DNA from: Mustelus asterias
Taxonomy: Eukaryota
NCBI RefSeq assembly: GCF_964213995.1
Contig: NW_027590150.1
Coordinates: 620,001 to 684,000, forward strand
Length of the DNA stretch: 64,000 bases
Reading direction: 5' to 3'
Positions within the stretch are counted from its first letter, which is position 1. Each line of letters starts with the position of its first letter. The notes under the pieces are model-generated. The model made no database searches and had not been told where the DNA came from. It worked only from the letters and a program-made list of their open reading frames with translations. This document shows, in pieces, positions 1-11,768 of the stretch. The position numbers and the translations under genes are program-made.

Positions 1-1075
1 AACATCAAACAACCTGAGACACAAATCAGTCACCAGTGAGTAAATGTAGTTGTTTTCTCCAAAAAAAGAATCACTGAAAGCACTCCCCCTTCTCCTCTGC
101 CTCTCCTGTGTGATAAGGGAATGCAGGTGTGTGTGATTAGCCATGACTTCTGCACCATCATGATCCACAACGCTTACTCCAAGTTGGTTTGCCCAGTTGA
201 AGGAATGCTGTACATTTGAGTCATAATTGTTGAAGCAGGGTGTTGTTTGAAAGCATCACAGATTCGAAGAATTAGTTTGGAAAGGGAATAAAAATTAATT
301 TAATTTGAACTGCCGTGTGTTTCTGTTTGAAATAAATTCAGACTGTACTAAAATGTGAAAGGAATGTATTTGGGTTTGAAATTAAGTTGTTCAAGGTTAG
401 AATTGTGAAGGCCAATTTGCTCCCAAAACACAAAGATCAGGCTGCAGTTTGGCAGCAAACCAGTTCCAACTTTCCTAAACATCTGAGTTAAAATTGTTGA
501 GATTCGGTTAACAACATATTTCACAAAGTATTTCTTTCAACTTTGATTAAGTGGAAAATATTGAAAGTTGAAATTGGTGTTCAAAAAAGGATCGATAAAA
601 GAGATGAAATTGGAACAAAATTGAAGAAAATAACACGAGAGAAGTTTTTTAAATTATGTAAGTTGATGCAATTGCCAAGTTTCCTCTGCCCACTCCCCGC
701 CTCTCTCGGTTCCACAGAGAAGTTAACACTTTCAGCAGACAGTTGATTGTTATAAATCTCCACACAGCCTTTGTTTTTTAATGTAACCTATACTTGGACA
801 TATTAACTCACTGAGATCTTGGCCAGAGCCAGATGGATTGTTTGTGTTTTTTAAACAGGTGATGATGGTTTCCAGCTCTGAGTGAAGTCAACAGTTTTGA
901 GAATTAAAGCAGAGAATAAAAGACTTTACTTTTCAGAAAACCACCAAGCCTGCTTAGGATACTGGAATTGATAAACATCTGATGTGAGTTGCTATTTCAA
1001 GCATTGAAAATGGAAATCACCTGTTGTTTAAGGGAAAGAACAAAGTTGATAATGCCTGGAATCAAACACAAATTT

Positions 1076-1431
1076 GGGGCAGCACTGTGGCACAATGGTT
1101 CTCATGGCTGTCTCACAGTAAGAAGTCTCACAACACCAGGTTAAAGTCCAACAGGTTTATTTGGTAGCAAATAGGCCAGGGACCCGGTTCGATTCCTGAC
1201 TTGGGTCACTGTCTGGCGGAGTCTGCACGTTCTCCCTGTGTCTGCGTGGATTTCCTCCGGGTGCTCCAGTTTCCTCCCACAGTCAAAAAGACGTGCTAGT
1301 TAGGTGCATTGGCTAGGCTAAATTCTCCCGCAGTGTGCCAGAGCAGGCGCCGGAGTGTGGCGACTAGGATTTTCGCAGTAACTTCATTGCAGTGTGAATG
1401 TAAGCCTACTTGTGACTAATGAATAAACTTT
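1076..1431 (+). mobile_element. tRNA-derived SINE (HE1-like head/core, alternative 3' tail), interrupted by a Penelope-like terminal fragment
   Basis: A-box tggcacaatgg, B-box ggttcgattcc, core gtctgcgtggatttcctccgggtgctccagtttcctcccacagtc, tail acttcattgcagtgtgaatgtaagcctacttgtgac...aataaac; 1119-1174 is foreign sequence. Confidence 0.85.
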
Positions 1432-1689
1432 GACTTCAAATATTCTTAAAGTTTTTAAAGTTTATTTATTAGTGTCACAACTAGACTTGCATTAACACTG
1501 CAATGAAGTTACTGTGAAATGTTCGGTTTCTTTTTAAAGATATTATGAGCATATTTCATGTTTTAAAAGATTCTCCAGAACTCCGGAAAGTGCAGTTTAA
1601 AGGAATGCATACATTCGGGTATGGAACATTCTGGTAAAGGGGAAGTATAGACGAGGTAAATGAGGTGACAGCTTTTTCTTGGAGATATT

Positions 1690-1956
1690 TAAAGTTTATT
1701 TATTAGTGTCACAAGTAAGGCTTATTGCAATGACGTCACTGTGAAATTCCCCTAGTCACCACATTCCGGCGCCTGTTTGGGACAATGCACCTAACCAGCA
1801 TGTCTTTCAGTCTGTGGGAGGAAACCGGAGTACCCGGAGGAAACCGACGCAGACACGGGGAGAATGTGCAAACTCCGCACAGACAGTGACCCAAGTCGGG
1901 AATCAAACCCAGATCCCTGGTGCTGTGAGGCAGCAGTGCGAGCCACCGTGCCACCC
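1690..1956 (-). mobile_element. tRNA-derived SINE (alternative tail type)
   Basis: Reverse complement of the same head/core/tail as 1076-1431; a tail-only piece also lies at about 1455-1519. Confidence 0.85.
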
Positions 1957-2475
1957 CTTGTTTGTTTCTTTGTCCATGAACTATTTGAGAGAACTGAATT
2001 TTATAATCTGGCCGCCATCTGAGACGTTGGGATTGTACAGGGGGAAATAAGCAAATACGTTGAGATGGAAAACCCCTTTGACCCCGGCTTTTGACTTTCT
2101 TTTGAAGTTTCCAGCAGAATTATTGGATGGTGCATCCTTTGAAAGAGAGTGGAATTCAGGATGATGATTGGTAAAATACCCAGCACCATCGCTATAGACC
2201 TGATAAACCTTTCACAAATACACAACAAGGATTTGTGGGAGAGGACAGAGAGATAACAACAAGCAAGACAAAGTACATGTCTGGTTAATAACAACAACAT
2301 GAGAGACAACATTTAACATGGAGGGAAATGTGTGAAGATGGCTTATGAATGTGAGACTCCAACAGAGAATTAAAGAAGGAATTGGAACACTGATGTGAGA
2401 TTGCAGAATTGGTTTGTAAGTTGTGAATGAACTAATATGCGAGAGTGCACAGTGCAGCTGTATTGAAGAATGAAG

Positions 2476-2800
2476 TGTGGCACGGTGGCACAATGGTTAG
2501 CAGTGCTTCGTCATAGCGCCCAAGGACCCGGGTTCAATTCTGGCCTCGGGTCACTGTCTGTGTGGAGTTTGCACAATCTCTCCGTATCTGCGTGGGTTTC
2601 CTCCAGGTGCTCCGGTTTCCTCCCACACTCCAAAGATATGCAGGTTAGGTTGATTGGCCATAGTAAATTGCTTCTGAGCGTCAGGCGAACTAGCAGGGTA
2701 AATAAATGGGGTTTTGGGGATAGAGCCTGGATGGGATTGTGGGCTGTGCAGACACGATGGGCCAAATGGCCTCCTTCTGCACTGTAATGATTCTATGATT
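2476..2800 (+). mobile_element. HE1-type SINE with CR1-like tail
   Basis: tRNA head ggcacggtggcacaatggttagc, core, tail gatgggccaaatggcctccttctgcactgtaatgattctatgatt resembling the CR1 3' ends in this window. Confidence 0.88.
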
Positions 2801-3712
2801 CAAATGGGACTTTCTCAGCTGCTTGACTAACAGCGTGACATGAAATGGTTAATATGACCTGAAGAGTAAGAAATCATTTTGAAATGATCAAGGCACTGAC
2901 ACAGACTCCAGAGAAACTGACTGGAAGAACAAATTAAAGTAAATGGAATTTTGGACTGGGACAAATGAAGGCGCGGGAGAAATAATACTGAATAAGAATT
3001 ATTACAAGATGGAGCAGGTTAAGGGACAGCTTGAGAATTGTTTTGAATCTATGCAATTTATACAGCAATTATATGTTATCACTGCTTTTATATCCAATTA
3101 TACCATTTCAATTATGTCTGAAAATTAGTTGTGAGAAGGAGATTGTAAAGGGAATGGAAGTTGGCTACCTTGGGCTAAGCCAATGAGGAAAAGGGGGAAA
3201 ATGCCAGAGTGAATGAATAGATTTAGTAAAAGGGGTGATGGATGTAACACCCCTGCATTAGAGTAAAATCACATGTTAATCAAATGCTCCACATCAAGGT
3301 TCTAATATCAGCAAGGTTGTTTACTTGTTTGAGGAACAAACAGTTTCTGGATTACAGACAAGTCTTTGGGTGAAGTTTTAATAATAAACCTACATAGGCA
3401 AAATAGGAATTTTTGAACAATGTTCTGTGCTCTGACTAACAGTATAACATTTATAGCTGTATTGGAGCTGGGAGCTGTGTTAGAATGCTCAGTGGGATTT
3501 GTGAGTGATCTTGGGCTTTGCAGGTTGGACTCTAGTTGTGGAGGTACTGAGTGCCCCTGGGGCAGGATTTTGGGAAATCGCCTTTGGTTCAGGACCCCGA
3601 GGAAGATTCACATTTCTACTTGGGGTGGTCACTCAATGGAGTTAGTGAAAGTCATTATTGTTATTCATAATTTTACCTTTCTAAAAATAAACTTTGAAAT
3701 GGGAATGGGAAA

Positions 3713-4518
3713 ATGAGCTGTAGTCCAGAAGCCAGTGTTGAGTGTTGTGAGGTACTGAGGAGGGTATCAAGGTTGCAGGAGTGTACCGGCAGACAGGAAG
3801 GTGGGTTGAAGTGTGTCTACTTCAATGCAAGGAGCATCTGGAATAAGGCAGGTGAACTTGGAGTGTGGATTGGTACTTGGGACTACAATGTTGTGGCCAT
3901 TACGGAGACATGGTTAGAACAGGGACAGGAATGGTTGTTGGAAGTTCTGGGGTATAGATGTTTCAGTAAGAGTAGGGAAGGTGGTAAAAGAGGTGGAGGA
4001 GTAGCATTATTAATCAAGGATAGTTTAACGGCTGCAGAAAGACAGTTCGAGGGGGATCTGCCTACTGAGGTAATATGGGCTGAAGTTAGAAATAGGAAAG
4101 GAGCGGTCACGTTGTTAGGAGTTTTCTATAGGCCCCCAAATAGTAATAGAGATGTGGAGGAAGAAATTGCAAAGCAGATTATGGATAGGTGTGGAGGTCA
4201 CAAGGTAGTTGTCATGGGTGACTTTAACTTTCCAAATATTGATTGGAACCTTTATAGGTCAAATAGTTCGGATGGGGCAGTTTTTGTACAGTGTGTGCAG
4301 GAGGGTTTCCTGACACAATATGTGGATAGGCCGACAAGAGGTGGGGCCACATTGGACTTGGCCCGTTTCATTACCCAGTACCAAGTGTTCGGTTTGTTTG
4401 TGGGAGAGCACTTTGGAGATAGTGACCACAATTCGGTGTCTTTCGTTATTGCAATGGAGAGGGATAGGGCCGTACGGCAGGGCAAGGTTTACAATTGGGG
4501 GAGGTGGAATTATGATGG
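3713..4518 (+). mobile_element. CR1 LINE fragment, ORF2 APE endonuclease domain
   Basis: LKCVYFNARSI, AITETWL, GGGVALL, GVFYRPP, VVMGDFN, TRGGATLDL, SDH motifs. Confidence 0.92.
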
Positions 4519-4888
4519 GATTATTTTGATGCAGCGAATGGTAATGACCTGGAACTCGCTGCCTACGAGGGTGGAGGAAGTGGAGACAATAAACAATTAC
4601 AAAGGAAATTGGATGAGCGTTTGGGGCATTTCAAAAATAAATGCTGACTAAATATCTCTGAACTTCCTCACACCCGGTCACTCTGTCATTCTTGTGAAAT
4701 TTGAAATCAGGTATTTGCAACAAGACTCAAAGAGCATCAGCCCACTGGAGGCAAAGTTGTGAGACCGGCCAGTCCAGCAGAAAGAAACCCTCCGACCCTC
4801 CCCAATGACCAACTGTGAGACTGAACAAAATGCAGTCCTGGATGTAATTGAGAGCAGAAACAATAACAGCAGACTCTCATCCCCATAT

Positions 4889-5285
4889 TCACTTCTGAAC
4901 TCGCTGGTGTCTCAGCAGATTCGATAACTGAGTGAATCTTTTCCCACATGCAGAGCAGTTGAATGGCCGCTCTCCTGTGTGAACTCGCTGGTGTTTCTGT
5001 AGGTTGGATGACTTACTGAATCCCTTCCCACATTGAAAGCAGCTGTATGGTCTCTCCCCTGTGTGATCTCGCTGGTGTGTCTGCAGGCTTCATATCCGAG
5101 TAAATCCCTTCCCACACTGACAGCAGGTGAATGCACTCTCACCAGTGTGAACTTGCTGGTGTCTCTGCAGAGTGGATGAATCAGTGAATCCCTTCCCACA
5201 CACCCAGCAGGCGAACGGCCTCTCCCCAGTGTGGCTGTGCCGATGAGCTTCCAGTGGAGAGGGCACTTTGTATCTCTTCCCAGTG
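4889..5285 (-). pseudogene. Z1: C2H2 zinc-finger pseudogene (about 5 fingers, frameshifted, 5' end lost)
   Basis: [20 protein letters not shown]... in shifting frames; 3' region 4645-4890 matches that of Z2 (12841-13080). Confidence 0.85.
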
Positions 5286-5710
5286 TGTTGTGCCTGATTC
5301 AATCGACAAACAGTTTATTGAGTTACGCCAGCGGGGAGAAGCCACAGGGGCTGACCATGTGTAACTCCACCCAACAAAGAATATCATCAATTCTTATCCA
5401 GCTACTCAGCCCATCCCGGCTGGACACAATCCAATCAGAATGGTGATAGATTACATACATTATAGGTTCAATAAAATTAGTATCTGGGCATTATGGGGCT
5501 TTGTGATCATCTCATGGACAGGTGCCCCATCATGCTTTCCAGACCCCCCTTGGGGGGGGGGTCTTTCTTGGGCTTTCTTTGTACATCGACTCCCTTAGTT
5601 AGAAATGGGGCGGATTAAAAGTTCTCAAATGGACGTCAGCACCCTTCCTTTGTTTTAATCGAATGACCACATGGTCTGGGAATCATTTCTATTTAATACT
5701 CTCTCTTTTT
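5286..5710 (-). mobile_element. putative LTR with adjacent polypurine tract
   Basis: Minus strand ends ...caataaa...ggcacaaca (AATAAA then CA) at the Z1 break; the other end is preceded by aaaaagagagag (5699-5710), but starts TA rather than TG. Confidence 0.45.
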
Positions 5711-6320
5711 AAACTCTTTTCTTCAGTATCCAATTCCAGAATTTTCCTTTCCTTTGTGTGACTTGTGTCAGGAATAAATCTTTGGACCTGACAGGAAGTT
5801 TAACCCAAGATCAATCCAACACAGGATTGGTCAGAATCATTTCACATGTGTCAAATTTTAAAGAACCATTACAAATTAAAACTCTCATTCTCACATGGGT
5901 GAATTGTATCCGGATTAAAATTTCCAGATGTTTAGTAAAATATCCTGGAATCCTGTCTCTGGCCAGTAAATATGGCTCCAGGTTCATAACTTCTGAACAA
6001 AAAAAGTTTTATTGATCACACTTCCTTTTTTAAAAATCTGTTTGATTTAAATCACAGACAGAAAACCTCAAAGCTTGAAGCATTCAACCTACAAATATCA
6101 TCCATACACAAACAGAGAAACTTAGCATATGCTTTACAACAACAATGACCAAAATTAATTACTTAAGCGTTCTTGTGATCCTGTTTTTAAACTTCTAAAA
6201 ATGCCTTTAATTAAAGACTCAAGACAAGGTTAATTCCCCAGAAAGATAAACCTGAACAAATGTAGCCCAAAACAATGATAAAACACATCTACAAACATCC
6301 ACAAAAAACAAATGAAACAC

Positions 6321-6953
6321 ACAGGTGGAAAAAGTGGTGAAGGCATATGGCATGCTTGCTTTTATTGGATGGGGCATAGAGTATAAAAGTTGGCACATGA
6401 TGTTGCAGTTATATCGAACGTTGGTTAGGCCGCATTTGGAATACTGCGTCCAGTTCTGGTCACCACACTACCAGAGGACGTGGAGGCTTTGGAGAGAGTG
6501 CAGAAAAGGTTTACCAGGATGTTGCCTGGTATGGAGGGTATTAGCTATGAGGAGAGATTGAGTAAACTAGGGTTGTTCTCTCTGGAAAGAGGTTGAGGGG
6601 GCAACCTAATAGAAGTTTATAACATTACGAAGGGCATAGATAGGGTGAACAGTTGGAAGCTTTTTCCCAGGTCAGAAATGACAAACACAAGGGGTCACAA
6701 GTTCAAGGTAAGGGGGGCAAGGTTCAATACAGATATGCGGGGGACGTATTTTACACAGAGGGTGGTGGGGGCCTGGAATGCACTGCCAAGCAAGGTGGTT
6801 GAGGCAGACACGCTAGGATCATTTAAGACTTATCTAGATAACCACATGAACAGACTGGGAATAGAGGGATACAAACGGATGGTATGTTAGGAACACATGA
6901 TCGGTGCAGACTTGGAGGGCCGAAGGGCCTGTTCCTGTGCTGTATTGTTCTTT
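6321..6953 (+). mobile_element. CR1 LINE 3' fragment
   Basis: LYRTLVRPHLEYCVQFWSPHY, TRGHKFKV, FTQRVVGAWNALP and tail gggccgaagggcctgttcctgtgctgtattgttctttgt. Confidence 0.92.
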
Positions 6954-7210
6954 GTACATATTCCAGACTTTCACTCGACTGTCGGTGGATATCAGATTGG
7001 TATATTCCATTATAGGGTCTGTTCTGTGCTGTACTGTTCTATGTTCTATAACATCTTTGTTGATTTAAAACCCCAAACACGTTACACCCAAACACCGGCA
7101 AAATCTTTGTTCTTTATCTGGGGATAAAATTCTCAGTTATTCCAAATTCCTCCAGGCTATGCTTAATATTTCCACATTTAACTTATTCCCAGAAATCCTC
7201 AATTATAAAC

Positions 7211-7434
7211 TAAAATAGACACATGAGTTTCCGGGCAGTCTCAGGAATATGGTCAAGATAGTCCAGTCCCACAATGCCTCACATTCAATCTGCAGTCCTT
7301 CAATTATAACAGAATATGTGGCTGTATGTAGCTGCCTTGGCCATGGTCAACCCCAACCCCAAGGGTGCCTTCTTGAACTGCTGCAATGCCTGAGGTGTAC
7401 GTACACCCACAGTGCTGTTAGGAAGGGACTTCCA
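7211..7434. repeat. direct repeat X, copy 1 (copy 2 at 10980-11202)
   Basis: taaaatagacacatgagtttccgggcag...ggaagggacttcca occurs twice with about 6 substitutions. Confidence 0.9.
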
Positions 7435-9459
7435 TCGAAACACAGAAAAACTACAGCACAATACCAGCCCTTCAGCCCACAAAGTTGTGCCGAACATGTC
7501 CCTACCTTAGCGATTACTAGGCTTACCTATAACCCTCTATCTTACTAAGTTCCATGTACTTATCTAAAAGTCTCTTAAAAGACCCAATCGAATCCGCCTC
7601 CACCACCGTTGCTGGCAGCCCATTCCACGCACCCACCAACCTCTGAGTGAAAAACTTACCCCTGACATCTCCTCTGTACCTACTCCCCAGCACCTTAAAC
7701 CTGTGTGGTCTTGTGGCAACCATTTCAGCCCTGGGAAAAAGCCTCTGACTATCCACTCGATCAATACCTCTCAACATCTTATACACCTCTATCAGGTCAC
7801 CCCTCATCCTTCATGTCTCCAAGGAGAAAAGACTGAGCTCACTCAACCTATCCTCATAAGGCATGTCACCTAATCCAGGCAACATCCTTGTAAATCTCCT
7901 CTGCACCCTTTCTATGATTTCCACATCCTTCTGTAATGAGGCGACCAGAACTGAGCACAGTACCCCAAGTGTGGTCTGACCAGGGTCTTATATAGCTGCA
8001 ACATTATCTCACGACTCCTAAACTCAATTCCTCGATTGATGAAGGCCAGTACACCATCCACCTTCTTAACCACAGCCTCAACCTGCACAGCTGCTTTGAG
8101 CGTCTTACGAACTCTGACCCCAAGATCTTTCTGATCTTCCACTCTGCCAAGAGTCCTACCATTAATATTATATTCCGCCATCCTATTTGACCTGCCAAAT
8201 GAACCACCTCACACTTATCTGGGTTGAACTCCATCTGCCACTTCTCCACCCAGTCTTGCATCCTATCAATGTCTCGCTGCACCTTCTGACATCTCTCCAC
8301 ACTATCCACAACACCTCCAACCTTTGTGTCATCAGCAAACTTGCCAACCCATCCTTTCACTTCCTCATGGAATTGCGGATAGCGAAGAGCATTGTCGGGC
8401 AATACAGCAGGATATAGATAGGCTGGAAAATTGGGCGGAGAGGTGGCAGATGGAATTTAATCCGGATAAATGCGAAGTGATGCATTTTGGAAGAAATAAT
8501 GTAGGGAGGAGTTATACAATAAATGGCAGAGTCATCAGGAGTATAGAAACACAGAGGGACCTAGGTGTGCAAGTCCACAAATCCTTGAAGGTGGCAACAC
8601 AGGTGGAGAAGGTGGTGAAGAAGGCATATGGTATGCTTGCCTTTATAGGACGGGGTATAGAGTATAAAAGCTGGAGTCTGATGATGCAGCTGTATAGAAC
8701 GCTGGTTAGGCCACATTTGGAGTACTGCGTCCAGTTCTGGACGCCGCACTACCAGAAGGACGTGGAGGCATTGGAGAGAGTGCAGAGAAGGTTTACCAGG
8801 ATGTTGCCTGGTATGGAGGGTCTTAGCTATGAGGAGAGATTGGGTAGACTGGGGTTGTTCTCCTTGGAAAGACAGAGAATGAGGGGAGATCTAATAGAGG
8901 TGTACAAGATTATGAAGGGTATAGATAGGGTGAACAGTGGGAAGCTTTTTCCCAGGTCGGAGGTGACGATCACGAGGGGTCATGGGCTCAAGCTGAGAGG
9001 GGCGAAGTATAACTCAGACATCAGAGGGACGTTTTTTACACAGAGGGTGGTGGGGGCCTGGAATGCGCTGCCAAGTAGGGTGGTGGAGGCAGGCACGCTG
9101 ACATCGTTTAAGACTTACCTGGATAGTCACATGAGCAGCCTGGGAATGGAGGGATACAAACGATTGGTCTAGTTGGACCAAGGAGCAGCACAGGCTTGGA
9201 GGGCCGAAGGGCCTGTTTCCTGTGCTGTACTGTTCTTTGTTCATCCAGGTCATTTATAAAAATCACAAAGAGTAAGGGTCCCAGAACAGATCCCTGGGGC
9301 ACTCCACTGGTGACCGACCTCCATGCAGAATATGACCCGTCTATAACCACTCTTTGCCTTCTGTGGGCATGCCAGTTCTGGATCCACAAAGCAACGTCCC
9401 CTTGGATCCCATGCCCCCTCACTTTCTCAATAAGCCTTGCATGGGGCACCTTATCAAGT
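7435..9459 (-). mobile_element. CR1 LINE (5'-truncated, RT region), split by nested insertion 8369-9240
   Basis: RT motifs [22 protein letters not shown] (9245-9459) continue as EEVKGWVGKFADDTK (to 8368); ttcca at 7430-7434 and 9460-9464 is a likely TSD. Confidence 0.88.
8369..9240 (+). mobile_element. young CR1 3' fragment nested in the minus-strand CR1
   Basis: Uninterrupted ORF2 C-terminus to 9172, intact tail; tcat at 8365-8368 and 9241-9244. Confidence 0.92.
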
Positions 9460-9464
9460 TTCCA

Positions 9465-10979
9465 GTTACTGAGAGAGACAAGAGATGAAATTGCTGGGCC
9501 TCTCACAAAAATCTTTGTTTCTTCATTGGACACAGGTGAGGTCCCAGAGGATTGGAGGATAGCAAATGTGGTCCCGTTATTTAAGAAGGGTAGCAAGGAT
9601 AACCCGGGTAATTATAGGCCAGTGAACTTGATGTCCGTGGTAGGGAAATTGTTGGAGAAGATTCTTAGAGATAGGATCTATACACATTTAGAACTGAATA
9701 ATCTCATTAGCGATAGACAACATGGTTTTGTACAAGGGAGGTCATGCCTCATAAATTTGGTTGAGTTTTTTGAGGAGGTGACAAAAATGACTGACGAGGG
9801 AAGGGCCGTGGATGTCGTCGACATGGATTTTAGTAAAGCGTTTGACAACGTCCCTCATGGAAGGCTGGTGCAAAAGGTTAAATCTCATGGGATCAAAGGT
9901 GAACCAGCTAGATGGGTACAGAACTGGCTTAGCCATAGAAGACAGAGGGTAGCAGTGGAGGGGTCTTTTTCTGATTGGAGGTCTGTGACTAGCGGTGTTC
10001 TACAGGGCTCTGTACTGGGACCTCTGCTGTTTGTGATATATATAAATGATTTGGAGGAAGATGTAGCTGGTGTGATCAGTAAGTTTGCGGACGACACAAA
10101 GATTGCTGGAGTTGTGGATTGTGATGAACATTGTCAGAGAATACAGCAGGATATAGATAGGCTGGAAAATTGGGTGGAGAAATGGCAGATGGAATTTAAT
10201 CCAAATAAATGTGAAGTGATGCATTTTGGTAGATCTAATGCAGGGGGGAGCTATACAATAAATGGCAGAACCATCAGGAGTATAGACACACAGAGGGATC
10301 TGGGTGTGCAAGTCCACGATCCTTAAAGGTGGCAGCACAGGTGGAAAAGGTGGTGAAGAAGGCATATGGCATGCTTGCCTTTATTGGGGCATAGAGTATA
10401 AAAGTTGGCACATGGTGTTGCAGTTATATGGAACGTTGGTTCGGCCGCATTTGGAATACTGTGTCCAGTTCTGGTCACCACACTACCAGAAGGACGCGGA
10501 GACTTTGGAGAGAGTACAGAAAAGGTTTACCAGGATGTTGCCTGGTATGGAGGGTATTAGCTATGAGGAGAGATTGAGTAAACTCGGGTTGTTCTCCCTG
10601 GAAAGACGGAGGTTGAGGGGCGACCTAATAGAAGTTTACAAAATTACGAAGGGCATAGATAGGGTGAACAGTTGGAAGCTTTTTTCCAGGTCAGCAATGA
10701 CAAACACAAGGGGTCACAAGTTCAAGGTAAGGGGGGCAAGGTTCAATACAGATATGCGGGGGACGTATTTTACACAGAGGGTGGTGGGGGCCTGGAGTGC
10801 ACTACCAAGCAAGGTGGTTGAGGCAGACACGCGAGAAACATTTAAGACTCATCTTGATAACCACATGAACGACTAGGAATAGAGGGATACAAATGGATGG
10901 TCTAGTTAGGAACACATGATCAGCGCAGGCTTGGAGGGCCGAAGGGCCTGTTCCTGTGCTCTATTGTTCTTTGTGCTTT
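9465..10979 (+). mobile_element. CR1 LINE, RT domain plus 3' end, frameshifted
   Basis: [43 protein letters not shown]; frameshifts near 10320 and 10385. Confidence 0.93.
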
Positions 10980-11260
10980 AAAATAGACACATGAGTTTCC
11001 GGGCAGTCACAGGAATGTGGTCAAGATAGTCCAGTCCCACAATGCCTCACATTCAATCTGCAGTCCTTCAATTATAACAGAATATGTGGCTGTATGGAGC
11101 TGCCTTGGCCGTGGTCAACCCCAACCCCAAGGGTGCCTTCCTGAACTGCTGCAATGCCTGAGGTGTACGTACACCCACATTGCTGTTAGGAAGGGACTTC
11201 CAGCTACATATTCCAGACTTTCACTGGACTGTAGGTGAATATCAGATTGATATATTCCAT
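10980..11260. repeat. direct repeat X copy 2 followed by segment Y (also at 6955-7010)
   Basis: X matches 7211-7434; tacatattccagactttcact...tattccatt matches 6955-7010. Confidence 0.88.
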
Positions 11261-11768
11261 TCAACCACACCCAAGGTGAGTTATTCCAATTCCTTTATTG
11301 TCCAGGACAATACATTCACAATATCTTTCAAACAGAAATTAAACATTCCCATTTGATTTCAGACAGTAACATATTCTGTTAGTTTGTTCTTTATTGTCAA
11401 TGTCAGGCTGGGGTTGTTTTCCTTGGAGCAAAGGAGGTTGAGGGGAGATTTGATAGATGGGGGACAAGATTCTGACAGGTTTAGATAAGGTGGACAAAGA
11501 AAAGCTGTTCCCATTAGCTGATGGAACAAGGACGAGGGGGGACACAGATTTCTTGTTTTGGGTTAGAGATGCAAGGGAGGGGGGAGTGGGGGGCTGGGGG
11601 GGGGGGGGGGCAGTGGGGTGGGGGGGGAATTGAGGGGGGAGATGTGAGGAAGAATATTCTGATGCAGTGAATGGTAATGACCTGAAACTCGCTGTCTATG
11701 AGGGTGGAGGAAGTGGAGACAATAAACAATTAAAAAGGAAATTGGATGGGCATTTGGGATGTTCCAAA

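Noticed and set aside
1736-2787. Short ORFs such as MARWLALLPHS... and GSLSVWSLH...
   Set aside because: Recurrent translations of SINE sequence.
3243-3710. Possible LTR starts (tgtaacaccc at 3243; similar at about 39342, 41347, 51296)
   Set aside because: No matching CA end with TSD could be fixed by eye.
9196-10326. 376-aa ORF as a gene or autonomous LINE
   Set aside because: Chimera across three adjacent CR1 fragments; no complete ORF2 exists in the window.
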